Source: Antedon mediterranea (taxonomy: Eukaryota; Animalia; Echinodermata). From it: 64,000 bases of DNA. The stretch is taken from positions 26,399,175 through 26,463,174 of the forward strand of contig NC_092677.1 in NCBI RefSeq assembly GCF_964355755.1, written 5' to 3'. The notes beneath the pieces are model-generated. The model searched no databases. It was not told the origin of the DNA and saw only the letters and a program-made list of their open reading frames with translations. The position numbers and the translations under genes are program-made. Position 1 is the first letter of the stretch, and every line of letters starts with the position of its first letter. Shown here in pieces: positions 35,298-48,641 of the stretch.

Positions 35298-38200
35298 TAA
35301 AAATAATAATAGAACAAACATCAACATATTTAATAATAAATCAATCATGGTTGTTATTATCGAAATAGGTTATACTTTTTTCAAAATTTCATGCTGAGAT
35401 AGATAAAAATAGTTTAAAAAATCAATGTGCAGGCCTACAATCAATATAACACAGGAAAATAATAATAGGCCTACATTACAAATTTACTCAATTATTTGTA
35501 AATATCATATCTTCACCATTTTTTGTATGGACAGTGTGGCTTGCTATATTTGGATTAAAGTACAATTTGATTACACTAGTTATTAGTTATAATGTATCAC
35601 CATTGATTCATTAATCATTATTGCGTCGCAAGCTCTGATGTTGTTTTCTTAACATGGTGAAAGAGCAAGGTCCATAGTTGAACTAATACTTCAGCTTATA
35701 AGGTGGAATATTATCTGATAACTGTATAGGCCTTTACATAGCCTTTTTAAACAATTTATAACCACCATTTTAGACATTTGCATTGTTTTAGATTGTTTAT
35801 AACATTTTTCCTTCTTTTTAATTGTGAGTCCGAAGTTTTAACTTTCTGTATTGTATGTTGATTATGACCGAATGAATGAATGAATGAATGAATAGTATTT
35901 AAAATGGATATTATATAAAAATGTAGTAACTTTAATAATAATCATTTAATTTCATTAATTAATTTTGTATTCATTCAAAAGAGAAATATCATTTAAAAAA
36001 ATATAAACGTTGATCAAACTGGTTCACTGACTTGTTTTCATTTACTTATAACAGTTGACATCAACGAATACAATAAACGATACATTCATATTTATTAGTT
36101 TATAGGCCACAATGTTGGGTTTTTATACAGATATGTTGTACCCCTAAACAAATTTTGTTTCAAATTTTTTTAATATGCCATTTTAATGTCACGTAATAGT
36201 TATTCACTTTGACCGAAAACTGGATCAAAAAAAAATTTACCTAAAAAAATGTAATTTAAAACAGAAATGCTGTCTGTCAGATTACTCAAACTCAAATGTT
36301 ACAGTAGGTGGAGGTATGCAACCTATTGTTTTGGTACCGAAACAAATTTAATGGGTCACGAAATGTACGTTATTGTTATTATTTATTTAAATAGATATCC
36401 TACTAAGTAGTAGTACACAAAGTACTGTATTATTAATTATTAATTTCATGAACTTCAAAATGCACTATGGTGAAAATAAACATTTAATATCAGGGGCGGT
36501 CGCATGAATATTTTAATGGGGTTGCCTAAAGAGTAGGCCTACAGAGCGGTAGACAGTAGTATTTGAGCCACAGTCCCCATGGTAATACACGAACAATAGA
36601 AATGTCTACATTCAACTGCAAACACAATGTAACAAACCAAAAAATATGTGTGAATGATTAAACTAATGGGACGAAGTTGAAACTAGATACAATATTTAGG
36701 TTGCCAGCAACAAGAGACCTCATATTTTACTCACTGTTTCAACAAACGCAAAGATTGTAACATTTAAGCACAATTAGCTTAGTATAATTGAACAATCTAA
36801 TTATTACAATGGATCAAATATATCATACACATTTATCTCTGATTAGATATGATCATATATCATGATACTACTTGACTGTCATTCAGTCAAGATTTAAAAA
36901 ATGGTTTTAGAACACAATTTCTGATTTCATCGCCGAAGGTTTTCAACCGGGGCCGCGGTAAAAGCAATTTTCAGGTCAGTGTTAATCACTTGCGACTTTC
37001 TGGTTTTGACTAAGTATTTGCTGCCCTCTTTAAGCCTAGGCGGCAACGTTGCCCGTTGGTGGCGATATTAATTACTAAATTTTAATTACTAGCAGTAACC
37101 CGTGCACGTGCTCCGCACGGTCGTTTCCTGCCTTATTATGTGGTTATACTTTGCATGTACAATAAAAGCACACTCCGATAAAAGTACTTTGACAAATTAT
37201 TAAAATAAAAACAAATTGTATCACGAATAAAATTCGGAACTACTGCCATTGACTTGTTATACACTATCTCTTCACTTTAAGAAATATGTAGGCTAAAAAA
37301 TTAAAGCAATAGTGCATATAGAACTATTTACTTTTGACTTTACGAAAACAAAAGACGCTAAAGAAAAATATGGGAGATTTGTTACCTACTTGCTACTTTT
37401 TTAATTAAATTGTGGTCTACTAGTAACCCATGCTCCGCATGGTTTGTCTGCCTTAATAATAATTCGCATGGCATGATTAAGTATATGCGAACTCTTCCCG
37501 GCCCCTGACAAATTATTTTAAAAAAAATTGTCAAGAATGCAATTCAGAACTATTTACGGCCATTGATTTTGTTCAATACTGGATATGGGACTTTGCTTTG
37601 TGAATGATTGATTGCGGAAATGCGATTACACTTAAAGATGCCGTGCGTCTGTGATCTTTGATTTCATAGTATCAACGGTGCAATCTACGACTTCTGTCAT
37701 TTTGGTATAACCTTTCAGAAGCTGACTGATATATAGCGTGCCATAGTCGGGTCTCTCTTATAATATTTTCTGAACGTGTTTCAGAGCGTTTCTAACAGTC
37801 ATCGCAAGTTTCACGCCTAAAAATAAAGAAATGTTTTACTTTATATCAAATCAACAGTATTTTACTTCTTTAAATTATGAAAACAATGAGCGAGCAATAA
37901 TTTTGGTATGACAATTGATGACAACCGTAATACGGAACACAATATAATAATTGAAAGTACTCAGAAACTGAGTGAAGTACTACTACTTGGCAAAATATAT
38001 CAGGGAAAACTATATTCGGAGAGAGAGAGAGAGGGCTCACTACTTGATATTTCAGCCCATCTTAAAATAATACAGAGGGCGTGCTATTTAATATTTCAGA
38101 TCATAATGAAGATACATGTTTTGTAAGTAAGTACCTATTAACACCCTAATATTCAGGACGATAATTAAAAAACTGTGGACGCTATCGTGCGAACAAATAA

Positions 38201-38559
38201 ATGAAAGCAGAGTGAAGGGAAAACCATTGGGAGAGAGGGCTCACTACTTGATATTTTTAATTGTTGTTCCATGTTAAAAGAATACAGAGGGCGTGCCATT
38301 TAATATCTCGTATGCAATTGTAATTATTGTAATTATGATGTACTGTAATTGATGACTAAATAAATGTGGAATAAAGTAAAGTAAAGTAAAGATACTGGCT
38401 TAAAAGAAGTAAAAAGTTAAAGAATGCACATTGTTCTTGTTTTTATTTGTGAAGTTATTAATCAACCGATTTTTTTAAAGTTCATGTTTTGTAAGTATAT
38501 GTAAATATATACCTATTTACACCGAAAATTTCAGAACGAAAACTTCAAAATTGGTGGAG

Positions 38560-38868
38560 TGAAGTACTACTGGGCTGAATTACGCACCGGTGTTTATGAC
38601 ACATACCACAACTTTATACTCCTCTAAGGGTTCCTTCGTGTCGAGTGCTGCCACCAGGGACAGAGGATGAATGGACCAGTACACTGGGGTAACCCCCAAA
38701 TCTTAAAAAGATGTACTGTTACTACTTTAAAGTACACATTAGCCAGATACGTAAACTGGGCCTCCAGCTTTAAGTCCTTATCCGAGAACAATGAACAATG
38801 GTGGAGGAGTGTCTTGAACCTGTGCCGATTGTATAATTACCCCTGCCTTAACCTCTCGGCCACTCGAC
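38560..38868 (-). mobile_element. tRNA-derived SINE (Nin/Deu-domain-like), degenerate
   Basis: Homologous to 41812-42122 (GGGGTAACCCCC..CTTTAAAGT.CACA..AGTCCTTATCCGAGAA..CTCGGCCACT). Confidence 0.6.
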
Positions 38869-40419
38869 TGATGTTTTTGGTCAAAGAATCCATGTTAAGA
38901 ATACAGAGGACATGCCATTTAATATCTCGTATGAAAGATAGATTATAAGTTAAAAGAATGCACTTTTTTCTTTTTATTTGTGAAGTTATTAATCAACTGA
39001 TTTGAATGAACTGAAGTATATACCTATCTACACCGATAAATTATTAATGAATGAATGAATGATAACTTCAAAATTGTAGGCCCTATCGTGCTAACATACA
39101 AACAAAGCAAGTACTAATACTACCTACTATAGTAATGAACAATCCTTCAATGAAACTATGCGGTTTGTCAACAGAGTAGATTTTAAATAACTCCACACGG
39201 TTTAATCGAAATAGATAAGTTTACAATCGATTGGGATTACATTATTTCTGTAACAATTAAATTAAGTTATGGATCAGAAATATTATATTTTGAATAACTA
39301 AAATGCTTAATTAGCAATAAAAAAAAACCTTCGGATAGAAACACATACCGGGTTACATGCTTTAAATATACATAATAAAATAGGACGTGACATCGCCAGC
39401 TCTGATGTTATCTTCTAAACATAGTGAAAGAGCAAGGTTTCACAGTTAAACTAATACTACTGTACAGCTTATAAGTTGAAAGTTGAAGATAATTGATACA
39501 GTTAAATATACAATATACTACCGTATTGGCGTACGCTTTAAAAATGAAATGTTAGTACAGTAGTATCAAAACAAAGCAATTGTTAATGAGAGAGATACGA
39601 CAGGTAGAAGTGATTCAATTTTTAGTAAAATGGTATAATATCTAATAAATAAATAAACCCAGTAGCCTTAACTTTGAAACAAATTATTTTCAAAAAAATC
39701 TAGAATAATTATACAATATCCAAATATAGCTCCTCCGAAAAATAAGTTTACACAAAAACAAAGCCAGTTTTCTTTAAAATATTTAAACATGTGGTGGGCG
39801 AAGTTAATTAACATTTATTTAGATTATGTTCACCTGCTTTACAACTGAACCTTCAGAAATGTTTTCATTCTAAACCTAATATAGTACAGTATAACAGTAT
39901 AATTTTATTTAAATAATTTCCACGAATATGATAATTAATTAAAGCATTCTTATAGTTACTGTATTTAATTGATCAATTAAATTTAATGGATGTCCCACTT
40001 CTAAAAGAAAAAAGAAGTGCTTGTTGAAGTGATATATTCTTTGTAGCCCATGTATATGTATCATAAAACCATAACCTCCAACTTCTTCTCCTTGTCTTTA
40101 TCGTAATTAAGCCATCTTTTTTATAAACTGCAAATGTATTAGTCTTGTCTCCTGAACGCAATGAGTATACTGGATTTGATGCTATTTCAATTTCTGCATC
40201 TTCAAGAGCCTATAGTGGTGTTTCAATAATCAGAAATATAGTATGATCAACAAAATCTGATCCGATTTTAGAGTTTATACTCCGAGCGTCCCCAATCGTA
40301 ATTGCACGTTTGCAATTAATTATCTGAGTTACAACAAAACAAGTAAACTATTAGTATTATAATGGTGGTCTGAAATTATGTGAATATTCAATCATAAATA
40401 GGCCTACAATTTATTACTA

Positions 40420-40883
40420 AAACTTCAACATCACCATCAATGGAGAAACTGTGAAAATGTAGAGATAGCAAAATATTTAGGAAACAAATTGGATATAACA
40501 GAAAGAAAACAAGAATTCAGCAGGAACGTGGGTGCTCTGTATCCTATTCGAAAAAAACAAACATGTACCTAAGAAAACCAATCAAATAATCTTTGATACA
40601 GTCTAGTCCCCTACATTGATGTATGGTACAGAAACATTGGCAATAACAACAAATTGAAGCAGCCCAGCAAAGATGGCTTGGTCATTTGGAAAGAACGGAT
40701 GATAAGAAAGTAGCAAAGAGATATGTTGGAATTGGAAACCATGTGGCAAGAGACCAAGAAAAGGGAATCCTAAATAGAAATAACATGCCCACATTACAAG
40801 AAGTGAGAAGTAGCGGAGAGAAAGAGGCTAGCATCACTGACAGGCGAAAGCCTACCTGAAAGCTGAAGTAAGAAGTAAGTAAG
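40420..40883 (+). mobile_element. RTE-clade LINE 3' fragment in the gene F intron
   Basis: Degenerate ..KYLG..PTLMYGTETLA..QRWLGHLER..WKPCGKRPR.. followed by an (AAGT)n-like tail. Confidence 0.7.
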
Positions 40884-41025
40884 AATTCCATCATAAATAC
40901 AATGTATTACTTGTACAGTTCTACTGATAACAAAGTGCAACCATAATACTAATTAAATAATAAATAAATAATCAAACATAGGAATTAAATAATAAAATAG
41001 TATAATGTAATTAACCCAGTACTAT

Positions 41026-41203
41026 TACTACTACCACTACCACTATTACCACCACCACCAATAAAACCACCTCCACTACCACCACCAATAAAAACCACCT
41101 CCACTACCACCACCAATAAAACCACCTGCACTACCACCACCAATAAAACCACCTCGACTACCACCACCAATAAAACCACCTCCACTACCACCACCAATAA
41201 TAA
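41026..41203. repeat. 27-bp minisatellite (ACCACCACCAATAAAACCACCTCCACT)n
   Basis: About five tandem copies visible directly. Confidence 0.85.
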
Positions 41204-41606
41204 TAAGATGGTGATTACCATATTATAATTAATAGCCCAACATTAGGCTATATTATACGATGACGAAGTTTTTGTTGTTGATGCTTACCTGTGTCATGTT
41301 CAGTCTTCGTTTCCGTAAAAATAATAAAGCACACAGTTTCTTCTAAATGTAGAAAACGGCATGTCAATTATCAAACTTTACAAGATCTCAAGTTCGGCCG
41401 CCGTCAATACTGACGATTGGCTACCATCTGTTCACATCTCACAAGATCTAAACTTTTCAAAACTAACAACTATGCCTACATAATTTTCGCCAGGCGCTAT
41501 AAGGCACTTTCCCCCGATTCATGGATGTAGGCCTACAAACATTTTATAACTTACTGCTACTATACAAACATAGTCACATATTTAACAGATAACAAATATA
41601 ATATAT

Positions 41607-41754
41607 ACTTACGAATCAAGTTTGAGAATGTTTGCGTTCGTTTTATATCACTCTTGTACTACAACTTTTGTAAAGTAAGGTAAAGTCAGAAATTTTGTTT
41701 TCTATTTAGAATTCTTTCTTGGAAGAGTGACGTCATTAAAAATAGACTGATTGG
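41607..41754 (-). promoter_or_regulatory. Putative promoter and first exon of gene F
   Basis: On the minus strand: CCAAT (41754-50), TGACGTCACTCTTCC (41735-41721), GAACGCAAACATTCTCAAACTTGATTC|GTAAGTAT donor at 41613/41612. Homologous to the B and E first exons. Confidence 0.55.
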
Positions 41755-41811
41755 TATTTTTCGCGCCGCGCCTTTAGGTAGCAGTATCACATACGAAGCT
41801 AAAGTATTGAA

Positions 41812-42122
41812 TTTAATTGAATTGAAATTTATATTTATACTGGGTAACCTCTTCAGTCAAAGACTGGTCTCCCAGAGGGCCCAGTTGGTGATCAGTGGCT
41901 GTGATGTACTAATACACCGGGGTAACCCCCTACTCGTCTCGAGATGTACTAGGTTCTTTAAAGTGCACACGAGCTAGATGTGTACACTGGACCTACGGTT
42001 TATAGTCCTTATCCGAGAAGACTCGTTCTACCACCAGAACCATGGAGTGAGTGAGCCTCGAACCCCTGCCGATGTTATGTACGTAATTACGGTTCCACTG
42101 TCTTAACCGCTCGGCCACTCAC
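41812..42122 (-). mobile_element. tRNA-derived SINE with Nin/Deu-like central domain
   Basis: Minus-strand head AGTGGCCGAGCGGTTAAG..GGTTCGAG (A/B boxes), central TCTCGGATAAGGACTATAAACCG..GTCC, (CAATT)n tail. Confidence 0.7.
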
Positions 42123-43209
42123 TTACTGAGTGAGTACTATGGCTTGTCTAATTTATAGGTCCATGCTCGACCCAAATTACGTCTAGGAAAAGAGAGTCAA
42201 TGAGATTTATGAAGCATAGCTGTCAAAATAAGCCTGGTATAATAAATACCATCAATTTATCATTGAATAATGTATGGTCAAAACATTACTTCTTCTATGA
42301 CAACAATTTTCTCGCGTGTGCCGTTGTCTGTCAGGACTGTCCAATTACACGGGAAAATAATGTATTGAAATTCCTTGAATGCCGTTAAATACACATTTTT
42401 TAATTTAATAAACATGTAATATCATTTTATCATCATGAATTTAACAATGTTGATATACAAAATATAGTACCAAAAACCGTAGTTTTATGTAATTATTTTT
42501 TTCCAAAAATGGCGTAGTTCATACATTGCCGACTGAGGGCGCAATTTGTTTATCGTTCGTTGCCGGCTAAAACGGTTATTTTCGGTGATGTTCTAGACCC
42601 TATATTTCGAAAACTACGTTAGATTTTCATAATTCTTTCGTTATTATAATATTGATACAAAATACTAACAAGAAATGTATAATTTGTTTGAAAAATATTA
42701 ACTTACGACCTTAGAGAATAATTCAGTATGCGTTTGTTCTTTGTGGCGAGCCAGTTACATAATAATATTTCGCTTTGTTTATTACATAGCACGAAGCGCA
42801 TCATGAATCGCGGCTTGTTTGATGTTAACGCCCCCACCCCAACTCCCCCCCCCTACCCCCCAAAAACCCCTAAATCTATAACCGGATTAGCAATTACATT
42901 GCTGACAAACTTATTTCGTATTTTATGAAGGATGGACAAACTGTTGTTAAGAAGAGTAGAGGCGTTAATTTGATATATAGTACCAAGAGTTTCAACATTC
43001 CAAAGATAAGATGGCAAGATATAGAAAGCAGTAGGCCTATTGGAAATGTATAATAAATAAAAAGGACATGTTCTGGAAGGGTACACACCATTTTTGGTGT
43101 TAGGGTATGTCATGGTTCATCTCGTAGAATCATAGAAGAAAGAAACTTTAAACTTGGCACTCTTGCCCCTACCAGCATAAATGTACAACTGATATATTTT
43201 GAACATTAA

Positions 43210-44149
43210 CGCCCGTATTCTTAAACCGGACTTTAGTCGTAGTTCGAAGTTCGACTTGAAAAAGTCGTAGTTCGAGCTATTACTTCAAATTCGATTAAAA
43301 AACGAAGTAGGCCTAGTCGAAGTTTGCAGTTCGACTTAATGAAGTCGAGCTTTTAGTCGAGTTGCACACGTCTGGGTAACAAAGGCTATACATTGGCCAA
43401 TGACAAGAGAGTATTTTGAGGAGCAGACGGAATTTTGCGCATTGATATCAATTTCCATTTTCTTACAAAACTTTTTACGCATCAGACTAGGACTATACAT
43501 GAAAAATAATTTTAATCGTTAATTATTAGAACAAGATCAGTATTAATTTAACAGTGAAGTACTTTTGATTAACAACAAACAAAATCTTCAAAATATATTT
43601 AGGAACCATGGCGGTACGGTAACTTTTATATTTTCTAGGCCCCCAACAAAGTATGATCGCGACGAACCACGCACTTCATATAGCGTGACAAGAAAGCGCT
43701 AGGCCCCCTAAACATTCCATCGCGTGGTGAATTTCCGCATCTGCCATTGTCACTATGGCGTGACGTATTTGAAGTCGGACTTGCGCGAAGAAAATTACGT
43801 AATTTGTATACAGTTGTAAATAAAGATGATTTTCATTATTATAACATATACCAATGTATATTTAATTAAGCTAATATAAAAATAGATATTTCATTCTTCA
43901 ATATCTGGCCAATATAACAACTCAATGACTGTTACGTTTTTCATAAACATCGTTTAAAAACCATTTAGTCGACCATTTAGCCTGCCCCCTCCAGGACTAA
44001 AAAAATCGATCAAAATCCGTCTCGATTTAGTCGAGGTTGGCCTGAATTAGTCGGCGATTTAGTTGAAGTTCGGTTTATGAATTAAAATGACGTCATTTTT
44101 TTAGTTTTAGCTCGAACTACGACTAAAGTCCGGTTTAAGAATACGGGCG
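43210..44149. mobile_element. PIF/Harbinger-type non-autonomous transposon
   Basis: Perfect TIRs of ~38 bp (CGCCCGTATTCTTAAACCGGACTTTAGTCGTAGTTCGA) with TAA TSD at 43207-09 and 44150-52. Confidence 0.8.
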
Positions 44150-46502
44150 TAATTTTACAAAAGACGTTCATAATGTTGCTTGTAGATTTTAGTCGCGCGC
44201 AAACGCGACTCAAGAGCTCACTTTGTCGATCGGTCGGTAAACACAAATTTGCGCACGCAACTGCATGCATCCATGTATATGGCCTTGGTTTTTTTTTGGA
44301 GGGTCTTGTTTTAGGTTTCCTGCTTTATAAGAAACTATTTCGGCATTGTACCCCTAGCTATTTTGGAGGCGTGTTTTTATAGATGTGTGTTGACATCTAG
44401 CTCCGCAGTGTTGTGAACGATTCTTTACATTATATTATTTTTAGTAGGTGAAAGAACCAACCAGCCCTACTGTATTATGTCACTAACAATGTACGGTACT
44501 GAATACACAATAACAAATCCATCTCCATTCAACTATTTTGTGTATGTACTTTTCATTCTAATGAAGCATAACAATGCAAGCTGCTATATAGATATTGTGT
44601 TTATTTCAACTGTACAGCTCATGTTATTCCAATTATTACCATAGAAATGATCAATGGTCTAGATTATTATCTGGGCTTAGAACGGTCCTTGTCGACTCCT
44701 CTCCAATTGAATATAGGTACTAGTTTAGTTTAAATTATTGTTCAGTACAGTATAGTTCAGTTCAGGCCGGACTATACTTAGGCTACGTCTCACAAAATGT
44801 ATACTGACTGATTGTTAAACAAAAATAATTGACAATAAATCATGATTTTTGAAGAAAGAACAATAATTAAAACCTGTGTGGCGCTTTTTGTAAGAAATAT
44901 TTCTTGTTTAACCATAATTATAACCTACTGTAAATGATTGTTCAGGTAAATCTATCGGGTAGTAACTAAAGTGCGAGGCCGGCAACGAGGCCGGCGAGGT
45001 AAGTCAAAGCGGGACGTCGTCTCACATACTTAGTTCAAACCAATGTTTGCTAATATACTTTTTTTTGGTATTTATTAAGTTTTTAAAGGTATTTGAACAA
45101 CCACTTAATAACATACTATATTGATATTGCAAATGTTGATATAATATATAAAATAAATTTAAAAAGACAGTAAGGCAAGTTATAAAAACGTGTAAAATTG
45201 TAAAAATTAAAAAATCAAGTTTAAGTTAAAATTAAGTTTTGCAACAGACGTTCATATGTTACTTGTTTTTTTGTTGTTGGAGGGCCTTGTTTTACTTTTT
45301 CTGCTCTATAAGCTAACTAATTTTGCATTGTACCCCTAGCTATTTTGGAGGCGTGTTTTTATAGATGTATAGGTATTATATCACTTTCGGTTACCACGTG
45401 AAAACTATTTCCAGGGCTTTCGTCACATCATGAATATTCATGTGTGGATTCAGGCGCTCTATAGTTTTTGCCTTAACCTAATACAAAAAAATAATTCCCC
45501 GGTATATACACTGATGAAACAGTGATTGCGGTTTTTGTTGTTTCATTTTGATCTATTGTATTGTAATATTGTATTTGTATAGTATTAAAATAATTCAAAT
45601 TGAAATAAAAATTACTTTTGCACCACGACCTAGTTGAATAATTAACGAAAAAGGCTGCACACCTTGTGTTTATGCCCGTATCGGCCTGCCGCAAGATTTT
45701 AGCCGAAGTCAGTTTTATGATCGAAATAATTCTCCCAATTACCATAAAGAACGTATCATCCCTAAATCGTCTACTGACCTAACGACACAATTTCCTTTTT
45801 TTTTGGTCCATTGTTGATTTTTGCGGTTTTCATGGGTGATAGGTTCGTTAGACTTAAGTACCCTTTAAAGAATGCATTGCGTTCATCTGTTTTAATAAAA
45901 TCGAGTTCAGAAATTATAATGTTTATGTGCGACAAAAAAAACTAGACCATTTACTTTAATTAGTAGGCCTCTATCTATTGCCATGATGCTAGTAATACAT
46001 ATGGCGTGGCGCGAGTGCAATTATTAACGCATTTTTTAATTGCTGGTCAGTTATTAACTCTACTTCATGAAATGGAATGACGTATCATCTTTACCATAGA
46101 GAGACAGTTTAGTGTTTTCTCTCTAGAGCACTTATACAAGCCTGGATAAGTCGTCTGAGGGCGGCCTGCTCAGTTGTTTGACTGGCGCCCTTATTACCGA
46201 GTAGCCAAAGCACGATTCGACACAAAGTGCGTTTATTAATTATTTAATTTTCATCAACTTCAAATTGTAGTTGAATTAGGCCTAAATTAACAAAACAATT
46301 GCATGTGTAAATGTCATAATTGTTTAGAAATAATAGAATTAGTTTTTTTAGTAATAATTATAGACCTTTTATGTCAACCAATGTTATGACAGTATGGAAA
46401 GGGCCGTTGATATGGGTTTATCATAGAAATGTGCGCTTAAGTGAATGCTAACTAACTAATTTAACTAATTTAATTAAAATAATTAGAATTAAAATAACTT
46501 AC

Positions 46503-47062
46503 AACAATCTCCCCTTGTTCTTTATCATTCAAAACTGCAGCAATAGTTGTTTTAATCGTCCCGCATTTTATCTTGATTCTTTCGTCATACTCTCCATATA
46601 ATATCAACTGTGCATGCAGTACGCATTGCTTCTGGTCTTACATTCTTGCTGAACTTTGACCAACTTTCCAGAAGTTCTTTCCAAGATAAACAATCCAGAC
46701 GCTGATAGTTTGTTTAAAAGTGATGGTATACGGCGTTCGCAAGCTGGATCAGAGAGTATATCAGTTACCTGTAATGAATAGTACAAAGCATGAATACATC
46801 ATGTAGGCCTAACCTGGTAATATTCAAAATTAAAACAATGGGAACTTTGACGTGTCCTTTGAAGGCGCTTCCATATCGCATGGATGATTTCACTATGTTA
46901 TGACATTTTATATATAAAAGTAATGACGATAATCTCTTTCCTTTTAATGAACTAGGAAGTCCCAAAGGAAGCTATTGGCAGCCAGAAGACTGAATTGGAA
47001 GTAACAGAAATTGGACATTCTTTAAAATGTTCATTGTTCGCCCCTTCCTTCTGTCGAAAAAC
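46503..47062 (-). pseudogene. Frameshifted paralog of gene D (exon 46768-46503; probable upstream exon 47062-46814)
   Basis: With two frameshifts it reads VTDILSDPACERRIPSLLNKLSA..LSWKELLESWSKFSKNVR..LILYGEYDERIKIKCGTIKTTIAAVLNDKEQGEIV|GTAAGT. This aligns to gene D's middle exon (..WTNHLSYWKDFTSSFR..LIFCG..VHLNDKHREEVM|GT) with the same phase. Confidence 0.6.
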
Positions 47063-48230
47063 CTAAACAGATATTTCATTTTGATAGATAGCCCTCTATC
47101 GGCAGATGTGCTGTATACAGTTATGTGATTACAACCTAAATAACAGGTCATGATTATAACAAAGATACTACACTATTTGATACCAGTAATTGTTTAGTTT
47201 AAAAGACGATCGTTTCGGTGCAGAGCCTCTTTTTCCGACATTTTATCAATTCGAAATAACGTTAATTTGAGATAGACCTGTCCGATAAAGTAATCATCCA
47301 TTTAAAAAATGATTTCCATGTTTTTTTCTTTTAGTTTTCCACAGATTTAACTATAACTATCATCGAAGCAAATTGATTCCAACAGAAGGGAGAATGTAGG
47401 CCACCGAAAATCTGTTATTATTATATATCTATATATCTGAAAGGCAAACACAAAAGTGGGATGTCACGAAAGCTAAGACCCTCTAAGACATAAGATTACA
47501 AATTATAAGATATACGACAGCTTAAAACGAATAATTTTAGTAGGTTGCATTTATTAATGCTTTTTACCATAAATATAATCAATATTTATCACAAACAGAA
47601 ATATAACTCACAATATTTTCGCTCGTTTCGTATGTATAAGCCTATACTTTTGTTTCACAAAACTAGCCTTGCCTTGTATTTTGACTTCAAATTAATTTAA
47701 CTACCTTTTAAATACCACACCTTAGAATTAGGCCTCATAAGTACTTTTATGAAGGAGAATCATATAAAAACAAATAAATCCCTTAAATTGGTGATTTTAC
47801 AGACGTGTTTCTTGCACACGCGAATTTCGTGTTCAATATTTTCGTTTCTATAGAGCGCCAAAAGAACAACAATAATAGAGGCTCAAAACTCGGTGTGGAA
47901 TGCGTCTACTTTTTTAATGCGTTTAATTTTAATATATTTTGTCAATTTGTCAATAAAAATGCTGTAATATATTACTGCTGATACTGTTCTGATTTCAAAT
48001 AATATCAATCGATCTTAAAATCAACATCACTACCTACCATAGGCCTAGTCATAATGGCGTCCTAACTAAGGGAGATATGATGAATTTTATTTTTACAGTA
48101 ATATTTCATGATTTATGTAGGATTTATAACTATATTGTTATATCTTTCTAAAATTGTGTAGGCCGTACGTTTATTTGTTTTCTTTCATTCTTAGCGTACA
48201 CAATCGCACATTGCCGATGCCACCTGTATT

Positions 48231-48641
48231 TTTACAATGTGGATAATTTTCAGCGAATTATTCCTTTAAGGTGATCATTACTATAATCTTATGCTACGTT
48301 TTTTATTCTAGACATTCTTTAGCTCCTTTTCTACACAATTCCACGTTGTAACTGACGTAATTATTCTTCATTATTCTACAAATTCGCGAATGATTACCAG
48401 CTTATCGTCGGTACAGAATCGTAATTATCATCTATTTTTTGACGCCTATCATAATTTGTTTACTTTGGGTTTCCTAATTTGTAATCAAAAAGTATGTAAT
48501 GCATTTTAATTTCACAGTTACATAAATAAATAAATGAAAAATTGTTTTAATTTTACTTTGTAGTGCTTAAATCAGTTTACATGAGGAATACTGAACCTAT
48601 AAGTCCCATTGTATCATCGTATTCGGGATTGTCAACGTTGG
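48231..48641 (-). repeat. Inverted, diverged copy of gene B/C intron sequence
   Basis: Reverse complement of ~13460-13950 (e.g. TTTTCAGCGAATTATTC.TTTAAGGTGATCATTACTATAA). Confidence 0.65.

Larger units (their letters stand above)
39973..41297 (-). pseudogene. Gene F: single X-domain gene with an in-frame TAG; complement(join(39973..40323,41289..41297))
   Basis: aacATGACACAG|GTAAGC micro exon; acceptor gtaactcAG|ATA. IINCKRAITIGDAR..ETPL*ALEDAEIEI..RSWRLWFYD..; TAG at 40212-40210 where most paralogs have TGG. Confidence 0.75.

Noticed and set aside
35632-35670. Hammerhead ribozyme (CTGATG...GAAA)
   Set aside because: It lacks the CUGANGA core and a definable third stem and cleavage triplet.
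40985-41221. Val/Gly-rich membrane-protein ORF
   Set aside because: It is the translation of a 27-bp minisatellite.
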